Below are positions 42,557 through 58,972 of a DNA stretch of 64,000 nt, one piece after another. The translations under genes and the position numbers were made by a program. The stretch comes from Eledone cirrhosa (lineage: Eukaryota), in the NCBI GenBank assembly GCA_964016885.1, contig OZ024746.1, forward strand, positions 44,764,001 through 44,828,000, read 5' to 3'. Below the pieces are notes generated by a model, which saw only the letters and a program-made list of their open reading frames with translations, searched no databases and was not told the origin of the DNA. Each line of letters begins with the position of its first letter. The stretch's first letter is position 1.

Positions 42557-44287
42557 TTGAAATAGATAGATAGATAGGATTATTCATATACGTATAATTG
42601 AACTTTGTTTGAACTCAGTTACTTTCTATTTCTACTATTCATTTTTATTCACTGTTCCTTTCTGCGTTATATAAAAATATCAATGTGCTATGTATAAATA
42701 TGTTGTCATTGTTATATTCATATTGAATCTTTCTTAATATTGTGTTATGATGGAACAATTATATCAGCCATTTTGCTAAGATATCTGATGATAATGTCAC
42801 GTATGTTGGATGGTATCCATAGAAAAATCAGAACGATAGTCAGAAAATTTAAATTCACTGACTGTTTATACTTAGGAGAGAACGATATCACAGATGGATG
42901 AACAACATTCATTATCGTATAAATTTAATCTGGAAGTGTACAATAGATACGTTGATTAACCGAATTGAACTGGCATCGGGATCATTTATTGCTACAAAAA
43001 ACATTTCTAGCAATTTTAGTTTCAATCCCCTGAGCTTAGATCCAGCTCGAATAAGGTTTATGAATATATTTAATTCCAACATTTAATACATAACGAAAAA
43101 AGTTGTAATTCTTCAAGAATATGGGGAAACTTTACTGATTGCAACATTGCTCACAAGGGTTTAGCAACATCAGAACTATTCGTTTAAGTGAATCTCAAGA
43201 AATATTTCTTGAAAGATTAATAATCTTATAAATAATATAGTTTCTTTGTAGTTTATTGATAAATTTTTCAATTCAGTTAATTCTAAGAAAGTATTACTGT
43301 AAAGTCCTAAGGTAGTATGCAGTTTTATCTTATATGAGTATATTTTCCTCAACAGTAGTGAAAATTAGGTTTTAGATATTAGAATTGGGAGCCGCAGATG
43401 TGTTATCGATTTCTTTTTGGTGGATTGGAAATTTATCTGGTTTTGATTATAAAATCTCATATTCACCTTGGTTATAACTGATCTATCAAACCACAGTGAA
43501 AGTTTCGTATTCTTGGCTTTATCATTTTAGGAATTGCTAGATGTATAGAAATCCATACGTCTTTGATAACAGTACTGAATAATAACACCATCATCAAATT
43601 CTAAACATTTGTGTTTTAGAAATGGTACATATAAATGTATTTTGTATCTTCATAAAAAGAAAGTTTTAAATTATTATTGGAGATTAAAAACCTATAATGA
43701 AATCATAGAAGAGACGATTGGCAAGTGAACTGTTGTGTGAATCTCTTTATTGTACGTATATATAAAGTATATTTTCCATGTTGTAGATAATTAATAGCTC
43801 TTTGAGAAAAAAAGAATCTATAAACGTCAAAAAAAAAAAAAAAAATAAGGTGTAGACATTTTAAAATATATTTAATCATTCTAGTTGCAAAAATCTTAGC
43901 ACGTTATTGTACGATAATCACGAATATTTTTCGGTGCAGAAAAGATACAAAAAAGGCAATGAGCAAAATACAACAGAATACAATTACTAGATAGATTATG
44001 CCCTATAATACAATTTAAAATAAACATAAATTATGTTAATAAGGTTATTTTACTATAGCACATACTATACCAGCTTTTTTGAAACTCTAATGTATTTATA
44101 TGTATTAGTTTGTGTCGTATAGACTCTCAAACTGTATATACTTATTAAGCTAATCTATTATATTTGATCAACTTATCCTTTTAATGATTTTTACAATTCA
44201 GTGGTCTTTCTATAAATCTATCTATATTAGTTACAAATTCCTATCTCGTCATTGCTCAATATCTAACAATATATATATATATATATA

Positions 44288-46673
44288 GTAATAATAATAC
44301 AATTGAAGACCAAAATCCAAAGAGGGCTCGATAAGGAAAATATATATCAAATATATAAGAACCGTAGAGCAAATAGTTATTAAAATAACAGATTAAACTT
44401 TAAGCAAAGAATCGCTGCTTTCACCCTTAACGGGATCTTCTGAGACTAACAAAGTCAATCTGTAAACGCAGAACTGGATATTTCAAAAAACATTGCAACC
44501 GGTGGAGGACAGGAACACGATACTTTGGTTCGTGGAAACGTTCGTTGGCAAAGAACGGGAAGAAACGAATAATACGTCATTAATAGGAGCGGTGAAAAAC
44601 AATTACGCGCAAAGACAGAACCACGTTTATGGTATAAAAGAGGTCGTAGACTAATGTTCTCTTAGGTGGTGCATAGAGACGTTCTCTGGCAATGAACGAA
44701 AATACGAAGATAATAAGTCATATGTGGAGCGTGGAGAACAATAGCACGCAAAGACAAAACCACGTAAATGGTATAGCAGAAGTTGTAGACTAAAATTCTA
44801 ACTAGGAGACCAAATGAATCTCCGCTACAGAGTTAAGAACAAAGTAAATAAATACAATACAGAAGTAATAGAAACAAATAAATACATACACGCAAACAGA
44901 TACGTACATACACGAGCATACGCAAAACCTTACCATAGGTATACAAAACCACGCACCTATAAATATGTGTGTGTGTGTATGCTTGTGTACAAATAAATAA
45001 ATAATTATATAAACGTATATAAATAAATAAATACGTATATAACAAGCGCACACACATACCTACAAATAAATACATGAATGTTCGGAGACGTAAGTCAACT
45101 AAAACAAAAAGTACACATATACACATACCCACCATACGTACGAACCTGCATACTCACGCAGACGCAAAACTCCCGTATACACATAGTCAAACCTTAAATG
45201 CCAGAATATGTAAAAATTATACGCCATAACAATCAAATATACGTACGAGAAGGTATAAATACCTTCACAAAACATACGGGTAATATATACTTACCTATGC
45301 AAATAAGTAAAGGAATAAACAAAACATATACTTAGCTCCCATATCAAGACGTAAAATATCCACGTATAGATCGTGCTATCCGTTAGGGTATAACGTGGGG
45401 CTGTAATAAGGGAAAGTTTTGTGCAATTTATGTTTACAAGCCGAAATTGCCTCAGATTTTTTGTTTAAGATGTGGTCTGTGGCGTAGAGTATTTCCAGGG
45501 CCTCAGCGGCGCAGAGGTCACATGGTCTTTTATTTCCGTTATACGATCTAGCCCTAGCTAGGATCTCCCAGTGTAACTTATATTGGGTGTGTTTGTCTTT
45601 TAGAATCCAGATATAAGCTGAAAGTGACGTCATATTCCTTCTTAGAGGGTAACGAAAAGAATGGGTATGCATGTAAAGACGCTGCTTGAAACTATTGGCG
45701 GTTAACCCTATGTAGGCCCTACGGGACGTGGGTGTTACAACCTTACATTTGTAGACAATGTTACTAGAGAGGCATTTCCCGGATAGGGGGCAATCAGCCC
45801 GATTCCTACAATTACAGTTAGTACTAACTACAGGGTTGCACGTGTTCCTACGGCTAGGTAGTTTAGCTAAATTTGAAGCTGTGATGTTATGTGCAAGGTT
45901 AGGAGTCGTAGAGTAAGACATTTTAATAGTATTTCTATTAAAAACGTTACTATATTTATGTGTAGGGGGAAAAGGCTTCGTAATAAGGGAAAGAAAGATC
46001 TTAGCTAATGGTGTGGCCACCTCCTTATTATATGGTGGGTTAAACCAACAAATGCGACGGGATCTATTTCTTCTAGGTCTATTTTCGTACTCTGTATATG
46101 CTACCTTATCGACAAATCCACTTCGAGCAAGAGTTTCATTGTAATAATTGGAATGGTCGTTGAAAATGCGCTCGTTGGTGGAAAGACGGGAAAGTCTCAA
46201 CAAAACGTTATTTACCAGGTTCTTGGTTATGCTGGCAGGATGGTTGGACTGCTTACTTTTGTAATCTACAACTTCTGCTATACCATTTACGTGGTTTTGT
46301 CTTTGCGTGCTATTGTTCTCCACGCTCCACATATGACTTATTATCTTCGTTTTTTCGTTCATTGCCAGAGAACGTCTCTATGCACCACCTAAGAGAACGT
46401 TAGTCTACGACCTCTTTTATACCATAAACGTGGTTCTGTCTTTGCGCGTAATTGTTTTTCACCGCTCCTATTAATGACGTATTATTCGTTTCTTCCCGTT
46501 CTTTGCCAACGAACGTTTCCACGAACCAAAGTATCGTCTTCCTGTCTTCCTCCGGTTGCAACGTTTTTTGAAATATCCAGTTCTGCGTTTACAGATTGAC
46601 TCTGTTAGTTTCAGAAGATCCCGTTAAGGGTGAAAGCAGCGATTCTTTGCTTAAACTTTAATCTGTTATTTTA

Positions 46674-46679
<6 letters not shown>
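44288..46679 (-). mobile_element. Second Penelope-like copy with inverted partial pseudo-LTR, in (TA)n
   Basis: Highly similar to 13463-15365. Segment 46265-46679 mirrors 44371-44789. Confidence 0.92.
45376..46258 (-). pseudogene. PLE thumb/linker plus intact GIY-YIG endonuclease domain, 5'-truncated
   Basis: SNHP..I.K, WFNPPY, CNCR...CPLSGKC, NIVYKC, AYIGLT..FKQR..H, CDLC..E, LNKKSE...CKH. Confidence 0.9.
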
Positions 46680-46739
<60 letters not shown>

Positions 46740-46742
<3 letters not shown>

Positions 46743-47835
46743 GTGACGAACAGGGTGTTTGCACTGACCCAGAAGTGGGCCGAGTGCAAACTGTCCCTGA
46801 AAGGACGGGCGGAGGTGGCGAACACTTATATAGCGTCCGTCATCTACTACCGCCTGACCGTTGTGCCTTGCCCAAAGGAAACGCTCGCCAAAATGGAGCG
46901 CACACTCTTCCAATTCCTTTGGAAGAAGCGGGCTCCTATGGTGAGGAGATCCATATGCTGTCAACACCCTTCGAAAGGAGGGCTAGGGGTGCCGTGGCTA
47001 ATGATACGTAAACACGCATTAAGGCTACGGCACCTTCAGGTATTCCTCTCCGGTCAACCGGTGTGGGCCCCGTTTGTGAGGCGAGCCTTTCCTAGACTCG
47101 TCTCACTCACCGAGCTGCAATTCTGGGTCAAGCAAAGACCGAGAAAACAACTGGGCGCCTGGCACACCGAGTGTTCCCAGGCGCTCACGGCTCTCTGGCA
47201 GGCGGACCCGGCTGTCAGTGGAGAATCCACCTCGTCATTCTATAGAGGGCTGGTGGTTAGCAGGTGCGACGACGCCCTCGGAGAAGCCCTAGGCATGGAG
47301 GAAGACGAACTGGCCAACCTGTTGGACATTCAGCCCGGGACCCATGGATAACTTCCAGAGGTCCCTGGCCTGGCAATGCTACAGAAGGGCTCTGCCCGTT
47401 CGAGAAAGGCTCTACAGACACGGGCGCCCGGGTAGGGACCCATCGAAAAAGATCTGTCCCAGATGCGTGTGCGACGAGGAAACCGTTGCACACGCATTGG
47501 TACACTGCTCGGGCATTGCCGATCTGTGGGGCTATGTCGAACAACGGCTGTCAAGGGTGGGACCAATCCGGTTGACCACCGAGTCTATTGTAACGATCAA
47601 GCCGCCTCCCCTCTTCAAAAACGAAGGAGAGGCGGTGTTTCTGTGAGTAATAGCCATGGCGAAAGAGGTTGTATGGTGGACGCGTCTGAAAGGACTGAGG
47701 TCAGACACCTTTCTCTCTGGCCAACAACTGGTCCGTTTCTTCCGATATCATTTCGGAAGAAGGATCAGGATGGAGAGAGAGGTGCTGCACCCCAGCCGTT
47801 TCTATGAAAGATGGGTGAAAGTGGCGAGAATGGCC
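46740..47835 (+). mobile_element. Internal Tx1 ORF2 fragment lacking both ends
   Basis: Similar to 34890-35990. Ends at VARMA and fuses to the 591-bp repeat. Confidence 0.9.
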
Positions 47836-50156
<2,321 letters not shown>

Positions 50157-50284
50157 TATATGCACGAGTTGTCAATATGAATGGACCTATTATTTTTATC
50201 TAAAGACATTTTTTATCCAATTCCATCCCGCCCGTCCCCTTAATCTATTTTATTTCTCATTCTTTCTTCTGATGAAGGACTAGC

Positions 50285-50333
<49 letters not shown>

Positions 50334-50340
<7 letters not shown>

Positions 50341-50741
50341 CAGTACAAATATTAATAAAATAGATGTTCTTTTGATCATTTAAATTTTATTATACACATT
50401 TCAGAGGTAAAACAGTACGTCTTCATCAGACAAAATATAATGATACATGACATACACTGAGATGTTAAATGGTTAAGATTTAATCAAGGTAACTACCTTG
50501 ATTAAATCTTAACCATTTAACATCTCAGTGTATGTCATGTATCATTATATTTTGTCTGATGAAGACGTACTGTTTTACCTCTGAAATGTGTATAATAAAA
50601 TTTAAATGATCAAAAGAACATCTATTTTATTAATATTTGTACTGTAATATAAATAACTCTGGAAAATCATTTTTTTGTAGAGTGCTTCCAATCTACTGTA
50701 AAACTCATTCTTTGATGTACTCACTGAATCTTGTTTAACTC

Positions 50742-50746
<5 letters not shown>
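50334..50746 (+). mobile_element. Fold-back mini-element, family E: perfect ~157-bp arms, 2-nt spacer, ~95-nt tail
   Basis: Palindrome centred at 50492/50493, flanked by (TA)n. Confidence 0.9.
50549..50601 (+). ncRNA. Type I hammerhead ribozyme (mirror copy 50384-50436, - strand)
   Basis: AUUUUGU-CUGAUGA-AGAcGUA-cuguuu-UACcUCU-GAAA-UGUGU-AUA-AUAAAAU. Confidence 0.8.
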
Positions 50747-50782
<36 letters not shown>

Positions 50783-50783
<1 letters not shown>

Positions 50784-51595
50784 TAGCACCAGTACCCAGC
50801 GTTGCCTGGGTAGGTAAAATAATATCTGCTTCGATGAAAAGGTGTTGATCTTAGCGACTGCTTCTCGATGACTCATCTATAGCCACACAGAGGACATGCA
50901 GGGGAGGGTGGTGATGACCTCTACCACTGAAAAACGCGGGTGACTGATGGAGGGGCATGCTGGAGGAGGGAGTTTCGAATTTTAACAAAATCGGTTGAAA
51001 ATGTGGGAGCTAGAGCCGAAAAGGCGGGAATTTGAGCGCAAAGGTGGTATTTTCGAATATTTAAGCGGTTGCCACGCCGTTCCTGAACAAAAAAAATCCA
51101 AAATATAAAGCCTCTTTAAGAAGTGAAAACATCAGATCTAGCGTAGTGTTAAATTTGAACAAAGTAGGTTGATTAATGTGGGAGCTAGAGCCGAAACAGT
51201 GGAAATTTGAGTCTAAAAGTGGTATTTGTGAATATTTAAGCGGCTGCCACACTGTCCTTGAAGAATAAATGCAAGATATAAAGTCATTAAAAGATGTGCA
51301 ATGATATAATTCTATTTTGCTTTAAAATTTGAACAAAATTGGTGGCAAAATGTAGGAGCTAGAGCCAAAAATCTTAATTGTTGATACCTAAAAAGACCCC
51401 CCCCCCCTATAGATTTTTATCTCCTGAATGACCCCGGAAGAAAAGAACGATACGCTGATATATGGAAAACACTCCCCGATGACTAATCTATGAGCCTGTA
51501 AAATATCATGGAAATCGGTCGTAAGATGTAGGCCCCTATAAGGTAATACACAGATACACAGACACACAGACACACATACTTAATTTTATATATAT
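50783..51595 (-). mobile_element. Non-autonomous Helitron-like element with three ~175-bp internal repeats
   Basis: Minus-strand 3' hairpin tacccag..ctgggta followed by CTAG|T. The motif tgt(g/a)ggagctagagcc recurs at ~51002, 51177 and 51351. Confidence 0.7.
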
Positions 51596-51599
51596 ACAA

Positions 51600-51642
<43 letters not shown>

Positions 51643-51719
51643 ATATATATATATATATACATACATACGATTTCTCACGAATGAAACAGCTCTAGTCCTG
51701 TAGAAGCTTTTCTATATAT

Positions 51720-51755
<36 letters not shown>

Positions 51756-51761
51756 AATGGC

Positions 51762-51859
51762 TTCTACATGACTAGAAATGTTTCAAACGAAGGAAATGAT
51801 CATCAGGAAATTTTTCCTGACGACTCCTTTCGAATGAAAGAGTTCTAGTTCTTTAGAAA
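51762..51859. ncRNA. Divergent pair of minimal family B HHRs (51762-51809 -, 51813-51859 +), with a half copy at ~51670-51707
   Basis: CUGAUGA..GAAA-CAU-uucuaguc-AUG-UA and CUGACGA..GAAA-GAG-uucuaguu-CUU-UA. Stem II is weak in both. Confidence 0.65.
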
Positions 51860-51973
51860 CAATTTCTATATTAAAAATGTATACTCTGCTATGTATTGAG
51901 CACCTTACTTACTGTAGTTACGCCCGATTGAACCTGGGATACATACACACAAACACACACCCACACACACATA

Positions 51974-52024
<51 letters not shown>

Positions 52025-52026
52025 TG

Positions 52027-52107
<81 letters not shown>

Positions 52108-53879
52108 TGATTAACTTTATTTGAGCACATGCCAAAACATTCCAGGAAAGAACGTGGTTTATTGAATTGATAGGTGAAGTTAACTTGACTGCGGTATCTG
52201 AATTGTGTTCGTGGTGTAACATTGGTGAACTTTAAACCTTTGGTGTTATATATTATTGCAAATATCCGAATTACTGAAACTTCCTATCTTGAAGTTGAAG
52301 ATATTCTTTGTTGGTAATAAATATACTAAGTGCATGTAAAATACATTGTAGAGAGTAAGGGAAAGTAAAGCTTTTCATGTATATACGTTTCTCTTTCGAC
52401 ATAATTTCAAATATTTCTAAAATACAATAAATCGTCTTGTTTTTCGTGCTTGAAGATCCGTTCAAATACGTGTATATGTTTCATATTCCCATTCCAATGA
52501 ATAATTAAAAGTCTGATCGAAAAATCTTTCATGTAAATGTGCTTTAATTTAAGTAACACTAGCATCATACTGTCTCTAAGGGGTATGCTAGAGTAGGCTT
52601 TAAAATATGAAATAGCATGCATCTGAGTTGGGAATATATTTATATATATAGATATTTACTATTTCTCTGGTAACTAATCCATTTAGCGGTTGACTTAGTA
52701 ACAGGATTGTTATATATGTTAAAACCGTTTTGTCGGACATTGTGTGACCAACTCAATAAAGATTTTGGCTCTCTATGTCACTTCTTACGTTATTTACTTT
52801 TCTTTTTGTGGTATGAGTGGCATGCGCATGCGAGTGTTTGTGTTCTTGTGTTTGCATGATTGTATATCATTGGATACTGCTGCTCGCACATGTTTTTTGT
52901 GTGAATGTGAGTGTGTAGATTAGTGTTTGTCTGCATAATGCCTGCGAATTTGATTTTTACAAACGCCGTGCAATTGCCTATACCCTTGGCATCACTGACC
53001 AGCTTATACGTTGTAATATATTTTTCCCATGACATTAGGTCGTATTGATGTTACTATTCCTTCCTGCTGTCTATTGAGGGTAGGTTAATGTTTGCTTGTT
53101 GACTTTTTGATTATTTTGTGTCGTAATATCTTTGTCTTAGGTTACTATGTCGTGGGGTAGTTACTATTCCATTCCTGCTTTCTACTGACTGTGAGTTTAC
53201 TTTCCGCCTAATGGGTGACTTCCTACTGTGGTAGAATCTTTCATCAACCGTCTTTGTAGCTATAACATTCACAATTATTTTCGCCAGTGGCTCGATGCTA
53301 GAACATTGAGAAAATGTTCGTGTTTTTCAATTTACGCCAGTTCTCAATCATCGTTGATACCTCAAAAGTACCTTTTGCATTTTCACCCTCAGCTTCTGTT
53401 TCCCTTTCTCTACGTTTACCCTATACATGTGACATTCCATTCCGATCGTTTACCTTGATAGTTTTCAAACCTGTCGTACCTTCTCTGTACAACCTAATAC
53501 TGTTATTTTGACTGTAATTAGAAGAATGCATGTGGTAGATGAAGTGTCGTATGTACCACTCTAATACTTGCGGCTCGCACACGTGGGGTAAGTACTTCAT
53601 AATCCTTACTAGATCCATTATTTGCATATTGATTTTCATGATGTCTGAAATTAGAAAGCCTCTGTGCATCATATATCTGAATATCGTGTACAGCGTAATG
53701 CAAATGGAAGATTTGTATCTTAACGTTTCATATTTTAGCAAAGGATTTGTGTCTAAGATAGTTAGAGTGTATATGAGATCGTTAGTTGTGTAATCCATAA
53801 TTATTTGAATACTCTGGTGTATGGAGTCGGTGTTTCATACGTAAAATGTATATAATATTTAGATTATAGTTATCTCATT

Positions 53880-54080
53880 ATCGATTAACTTCATCACATC
53901 TATCGCCACCATTTCAGTTCACTTCCAAGATATTCCTGTTTCTATCAACCACTCCAATAACACCCTCTTCACGTCAGCCTTCTATACACACACAGACTCC
54001 CACGCCTACGTCGGCTCCACCCATATCCCATCAACATCAAATCCTCCATAAACATTTTAAATCAATTTTCTGGTCGTATT
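53880..54080 (+). pseudogene. Degenerate PLE RT fragment
   Basis: INFITS...VHFQDIPVS...LFTSAFY.HTDSHAY resembles the IKFT..FLD...LxTxxYxKPTDSHxY motif. Confidence 0.55.
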
Positions 54081-56514
54081 GGACCCTCAACAGAAGACGT
54101 GTGCAGTCTCGGTTACTGCATATGTATTTATACAGATATAACTTTCTCATACACTTCGGCTACTAGCGCACGTATTGTAAATCTTAATCAATTAAGAACA
54201 CGAGTGGTAATTATATGCAAATAGTATGTCTATTTCTGAACTGAATAATACTAAGACTGAATAGTTATATACACCCATCAAATACATGTCTCCTTGTGGT
54301 AAATTTGATCATATGCACGTTTTGTATATCGTATATAAATAGTTATAGATACAGATATTTATCTAAATGAAAGAGAGAATTCATATTTAGATGAATATGC
54401 TTCATATGATGTAAATACTGCGTTTTGTCGACGGGAGGCCACGTTTAAATTATCTGTTGCTAACATATGTAGGATACCTTATCTAAACTATAATAAAGGA
54501 AGGTCTGCGGAATTTATCTACTAAATTTCGTAAACAAATATAATTTCGTAAAAATGAATAATTTCAAATTGACTTCTTTTCAAAGTTGCACTTCCAGTAT
54601 ATCGTCGCCACCACCCCATTTCAACTACCATATATATAGAAAGAGAGAGTTTGTGATGAGAGAGATAGAGAGATTATGATTTTCTACACCCAACGCGTAT
54701 GAGTGTGCACATACATACATCTATATATATGAATATATAACTATTATGAGTATATAACTATAATCGCGCAAACACAAACTTATAAAACTACACTCTCAGA
54801 CATAATTCACACAAATACACACTTTCACACAAATATACATACATTCACACATACATTCACACAAACATACATACTTTCACACAAATATACATACATTCAC
54901 ACATATACTTTCACACAAACATACATACATTCACACATATACATTTACACAAACACACACATACAGTCATGATAGCGTTCGGTTTAATTGGAAATGGGAG
55001 GGTAAAACAAGTATAACGTTTTATCTATTTATTAACTCTATTTATTTATTAACTCTTTTTTTTTTAAACTCATCTAAACTATAATAAAATAAGGAGCGCG
55101 GGACTTCTTTAAAATTTGTGAAATGCCGACACTTCCGGTTGGCCATCGCTTAAATAAACTTACTAATTTTCTCCTAATGCAGTTTATATATAATATCGTC
55201 TTTTTTAATGTATCATGGATTACGTTACTTATTAAATAAGACAATTTCTATGTATTATATATTGTCAATTACGATTTTATTTGATGTATCATATCTACAT
55301 GTATATATACCTGCGTATAATATAAGTATATACACTATACATGCTAGCAGAAACCACCAGAAGGGTGTTTTTTCTGCTAGTATAAATAATTTAGCCTGCT
55401 GTTCAGGTCACGTTGATTTGACATTGATTTTGAATATCACACTGATTTTCAATAATTGTACTTCTGTTGGAATTATATTTTCTCGCGTTCATTTCACAAT
55501 TGCAATTTTGCAATTCAGACTAAAATCTTCCTATCCCTCACTTACTGTACTTTAAAATTCTTTCTGTTGTTTTTATTTTTCCCTACATACACCTACCCTT
55601 CAATTTATCGTTTCATTTTCAGAACTTAAATCCAATCAAACCAGACATTCTGAGAATGATTTTCAATTTCATTTTGATTTCTCACTTTGACGCGTGTAAA
55701 TTTAATTCAAGCTATGTATTACATTACTTAATTGGAAATATATGTGAATTAAACCTGTGATCCAAATGTGAGGAAATATTGTAAGGAATGTCATACTCAC
55801 AGCAATGTGTTAGGTGAGAAGTGACAATAAAATGTTTAACTTTGTAAATTAGGAATATTGTATTAATGATAATTGTGCCTACCAGTAAAGCTATGTAATA
55901 GGTGAGGTTATAGTTAAAATTTTCTGTGTATTTCAAATGACAGCTAGATAAAGCCATATACCTTAAGATACTGCTGTATCAGTTACATACAAAATATTTG
56001 TTCATATCTTCTCATCAGACATGTAAATTAGTATCAAATCATTTTCCTCTCCAGAGATGAAAATGTTTTGATTGTAATCTACGCTTCTGATGAACAGATA
56101 ACTGCCAAAGTCAGGTCGATCACATCGATCAAGACCTCGAGCAGATTATCTGCAAAACACATGTAATTAATTTTTGGTTCCGTCTTTTACATTGAAAGAA
56201 CTCTGCTGACTAGAAAATACGTAACTCAACCCAAGCGAGTAGTTTTACAGATTTTGAGTAAGGAAATGATGAAGTTTGAAGAAGGGATTATGGATGATGT
56301 CTTGCATCTAGTACACACATTTAGGCTGTAATTAGATTTGTTTTAATGAATGTATTAATTACTTTGTAGTATTCGATGGACATCTCCGTGTGTTTTGTTT
56401 ATTGTTGGCTTTTATCGGAGTGTATTATTTACGAGGAGGGACATTCAGTGATTACTTTGCTCTTGTTCTAGGTGTATCTACGTTCATATATATGTATTTG
56501 ACGGTCCTATTTGC

Positions 56515-56552
<38 letters not shown>

Positions 56553-58043
56553 ACACGCGCACACATATATATATATATGTATATATATATATAATTACTT
56601 CTTTGATGTCACCTAACACCTCAATGCTGGCATCTTCTACACTTGCCATAAATTAAATGAATATTATAATTACGCTAACTATAAATCTAACCACCCTAGG
56701 GAAGTAACTACTTTTATAGTTAACAGTCTGTCTAGAGGAATCTCAATGATGTATGCAAACTGTTACAATGACTAGAACATCATACAGTACGAACATAAAA
56801 TACACATACATATAAAATACACCAACATACAGACGACTCTCTGCTATTAACATAGACCATATGCACATTCAAAGGGACAAAGGATATGACATAATAGACT
56901 ACACTATAACTGATAAACACTACACACATTATTCACCAGCTTATGACCCAAACAGAAAGGACATACGTGGCACTGGCAGGAATAGACACCCGATTTAGCG
57001 ACGTTCTAAACCTTGTGACAAAGATGGTGTGGTAAGATAGAGTGTGTGACAATAGTAGAAGCCACCCCTCTCACAATAAGATAACTAACAATAAAAACTC
57101 TACAATCCCTCTGCAAAGCAAAGAATTTGGGTATCAAACCCCGAAAACATACAATAAACTATGCATACAACTAGAGGCCTGGGCCAAGGGCATATTACTT
57201 CCCAACCACGCTCCTAAACACGAAAACACTTTTGTAAGGGTAGATCATAGTCATAACTAGTGAGGTACACGACTAGAAAATGCACCCCTGGACAACTCAT
57301 CTGAATTCAGCGTGGATAGCACCAACATAGCATTTACTAAATACAATAAACCCACTGCCACCTGCCTAGACGTGGGGTCAAGCACAGACGTAGTAATTTC
57401 TACCTGCTCACGTAAGATAGTATAACATAACCTTTCACATTCCACTGGGCTTAAAACTAACATTTTCCGGATTTTTTTTCAGCGTACTTAACAACCTATG
57501 ATAAGCATATGGTTAAGTAATCTTAAGTAATTTTACTTCATAAAACTTAGTGCAAAACCTAGCGAAGATCAATAACATCAAATTAGAACGGAAACGCAAT
57601 CAATATGTGAGTGCACTAGAGTGTACCCGCAGATAACATTACAGCCATGTGAATACATTGTAAGGGATTAGTAACAAACACAATTTACTTCATTTGGTCC
57701 CGCAGCTTAACCATCAAATGGATGAAATATTACATAACTTCACAACCCTTATACGTTGATTTCCTATGTTATCCAGCGCCGGGCCTTCCCATTTCTCTTT
57801 GATAGTTCTTCTAACTTCTGCTAACAGCATAATTTCATAGTCAATAGCTAAAGCCTTTCCATGTTACAGATTAGATCCGATTTAAGCCTTCCACTAGCAT
57901 CTAAACGTTGATCATCGTCTTTACTAGGGACGTAATTCTTTTTCTTTCTTTCCTTTCTTCATTTTCTTTACTCTATCCAGCTATGAATATGTGATACAGT
58001 CGCTCTTCCTTTTCTTAATATATATATATATATATATATATAT

Positions 58044-58112
58044 GTGAAACATTTGTGACACCGACGGTTGAGCTCCGGCCGTTTCAACAGTTAGATCCGA
58101 ACACACACACAC

Positions 58113-58207
<95 letters not shown>

Positions 58208-58214
58208 CTATATC

Positions 58215-58248
<34 letters not shown>

Positions 58249-58315
58249 GTGTGTGTGTGTTCGGATCTAGCTGTTGAAACGGCCGGAACTCAACCGTCAG
58301 TGTACCAAATGTTTC

Positions 58316-58318
<3 letters not shown>
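58044..58318. mobile_element. Inverted ~60-bp arms around a (CA)/(TA) tract, each carrying an HHR 3' half
   Basis: GAAA-CGG-ccggaacucaa-CCG-UC, similar to the family A stem III. Confidence 0.65.
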
Positions 58319-58380
<62 letters not shown>

Positions 58381-58381
<1 letters not shown>

Positions 58382-58942
58382 CTTTGCGAGGTTTTCGATA
58401 TGAAATCGTGTGTCGAAACAAATATTGTTATACTTGGGGAGGGTGATATGTGCGTAATAATATTGCCAGAATTAATAACAGAACACACTCACTGTTTGGT
58501 TGGTTTTCGCTTCTGTGTCTTTTATATCGGTTAATTTAATTTATTCGGTCCTCAATGTTACCATTGACTGACCAACGGTCAAAAATACAGATACAATATA
58601 GACACAAACACATATATATAGTCTAACAAAATTCTTTCGTTGCACATCTGCAACATCGTCAGTGGTGCTATTATGTTTCCTCCCCATTGGATGCCTACAC
58701 CATCTTGATGGCGTAGGCATACAATATGGAGGTTAGACTATATATATGTGTTTGTGTCTATATTGTATCTGTATTTTTGACCGTTGGTCAGTCAATGGTA
58801 ATATTGAGGACCGAATAAATTAAATTAACCGATATAAAAGACACAGAAGCGAAAACCAACCAAACAGTGAGTGTGCTCTGTTATTAATTCTGGCAATATT
58901 ATTACACAAATATGACCCCCCCCCCCCAAGTATAACAATATA
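58381..58942. mobile_element. Fold-back element with arms 58422-58627 and 58732-58942
   Basis: Visible inverted repeat in (TA)n. The spacer holds CUGACGA-uGUUGCA-gaug-UGCAAC-GAAA on the minus strand, cut off at the arm junction. Confidence 0.8.
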
Positions 58943-58972
58943 TATATATATGTATACATATATATATATATA

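Noticed and set aside
42600-44270. AT-rich unique region as candidate exons or a viral relic
   Set aside because: Stops in the frames checked and no recognisable motif.
46259-46362. N-terminus of the 328-aa ORF (and the equivalent at 15691-15712)
   Set aside because: It reads through the inversion junction from the antisense pseudo-LTR and is not native coding sequence.
50270-50286. Isolated CTGATGAAGG next to (TA)n
   Set aside because: No GAAA or stem III follows; at most a truncated remnant.
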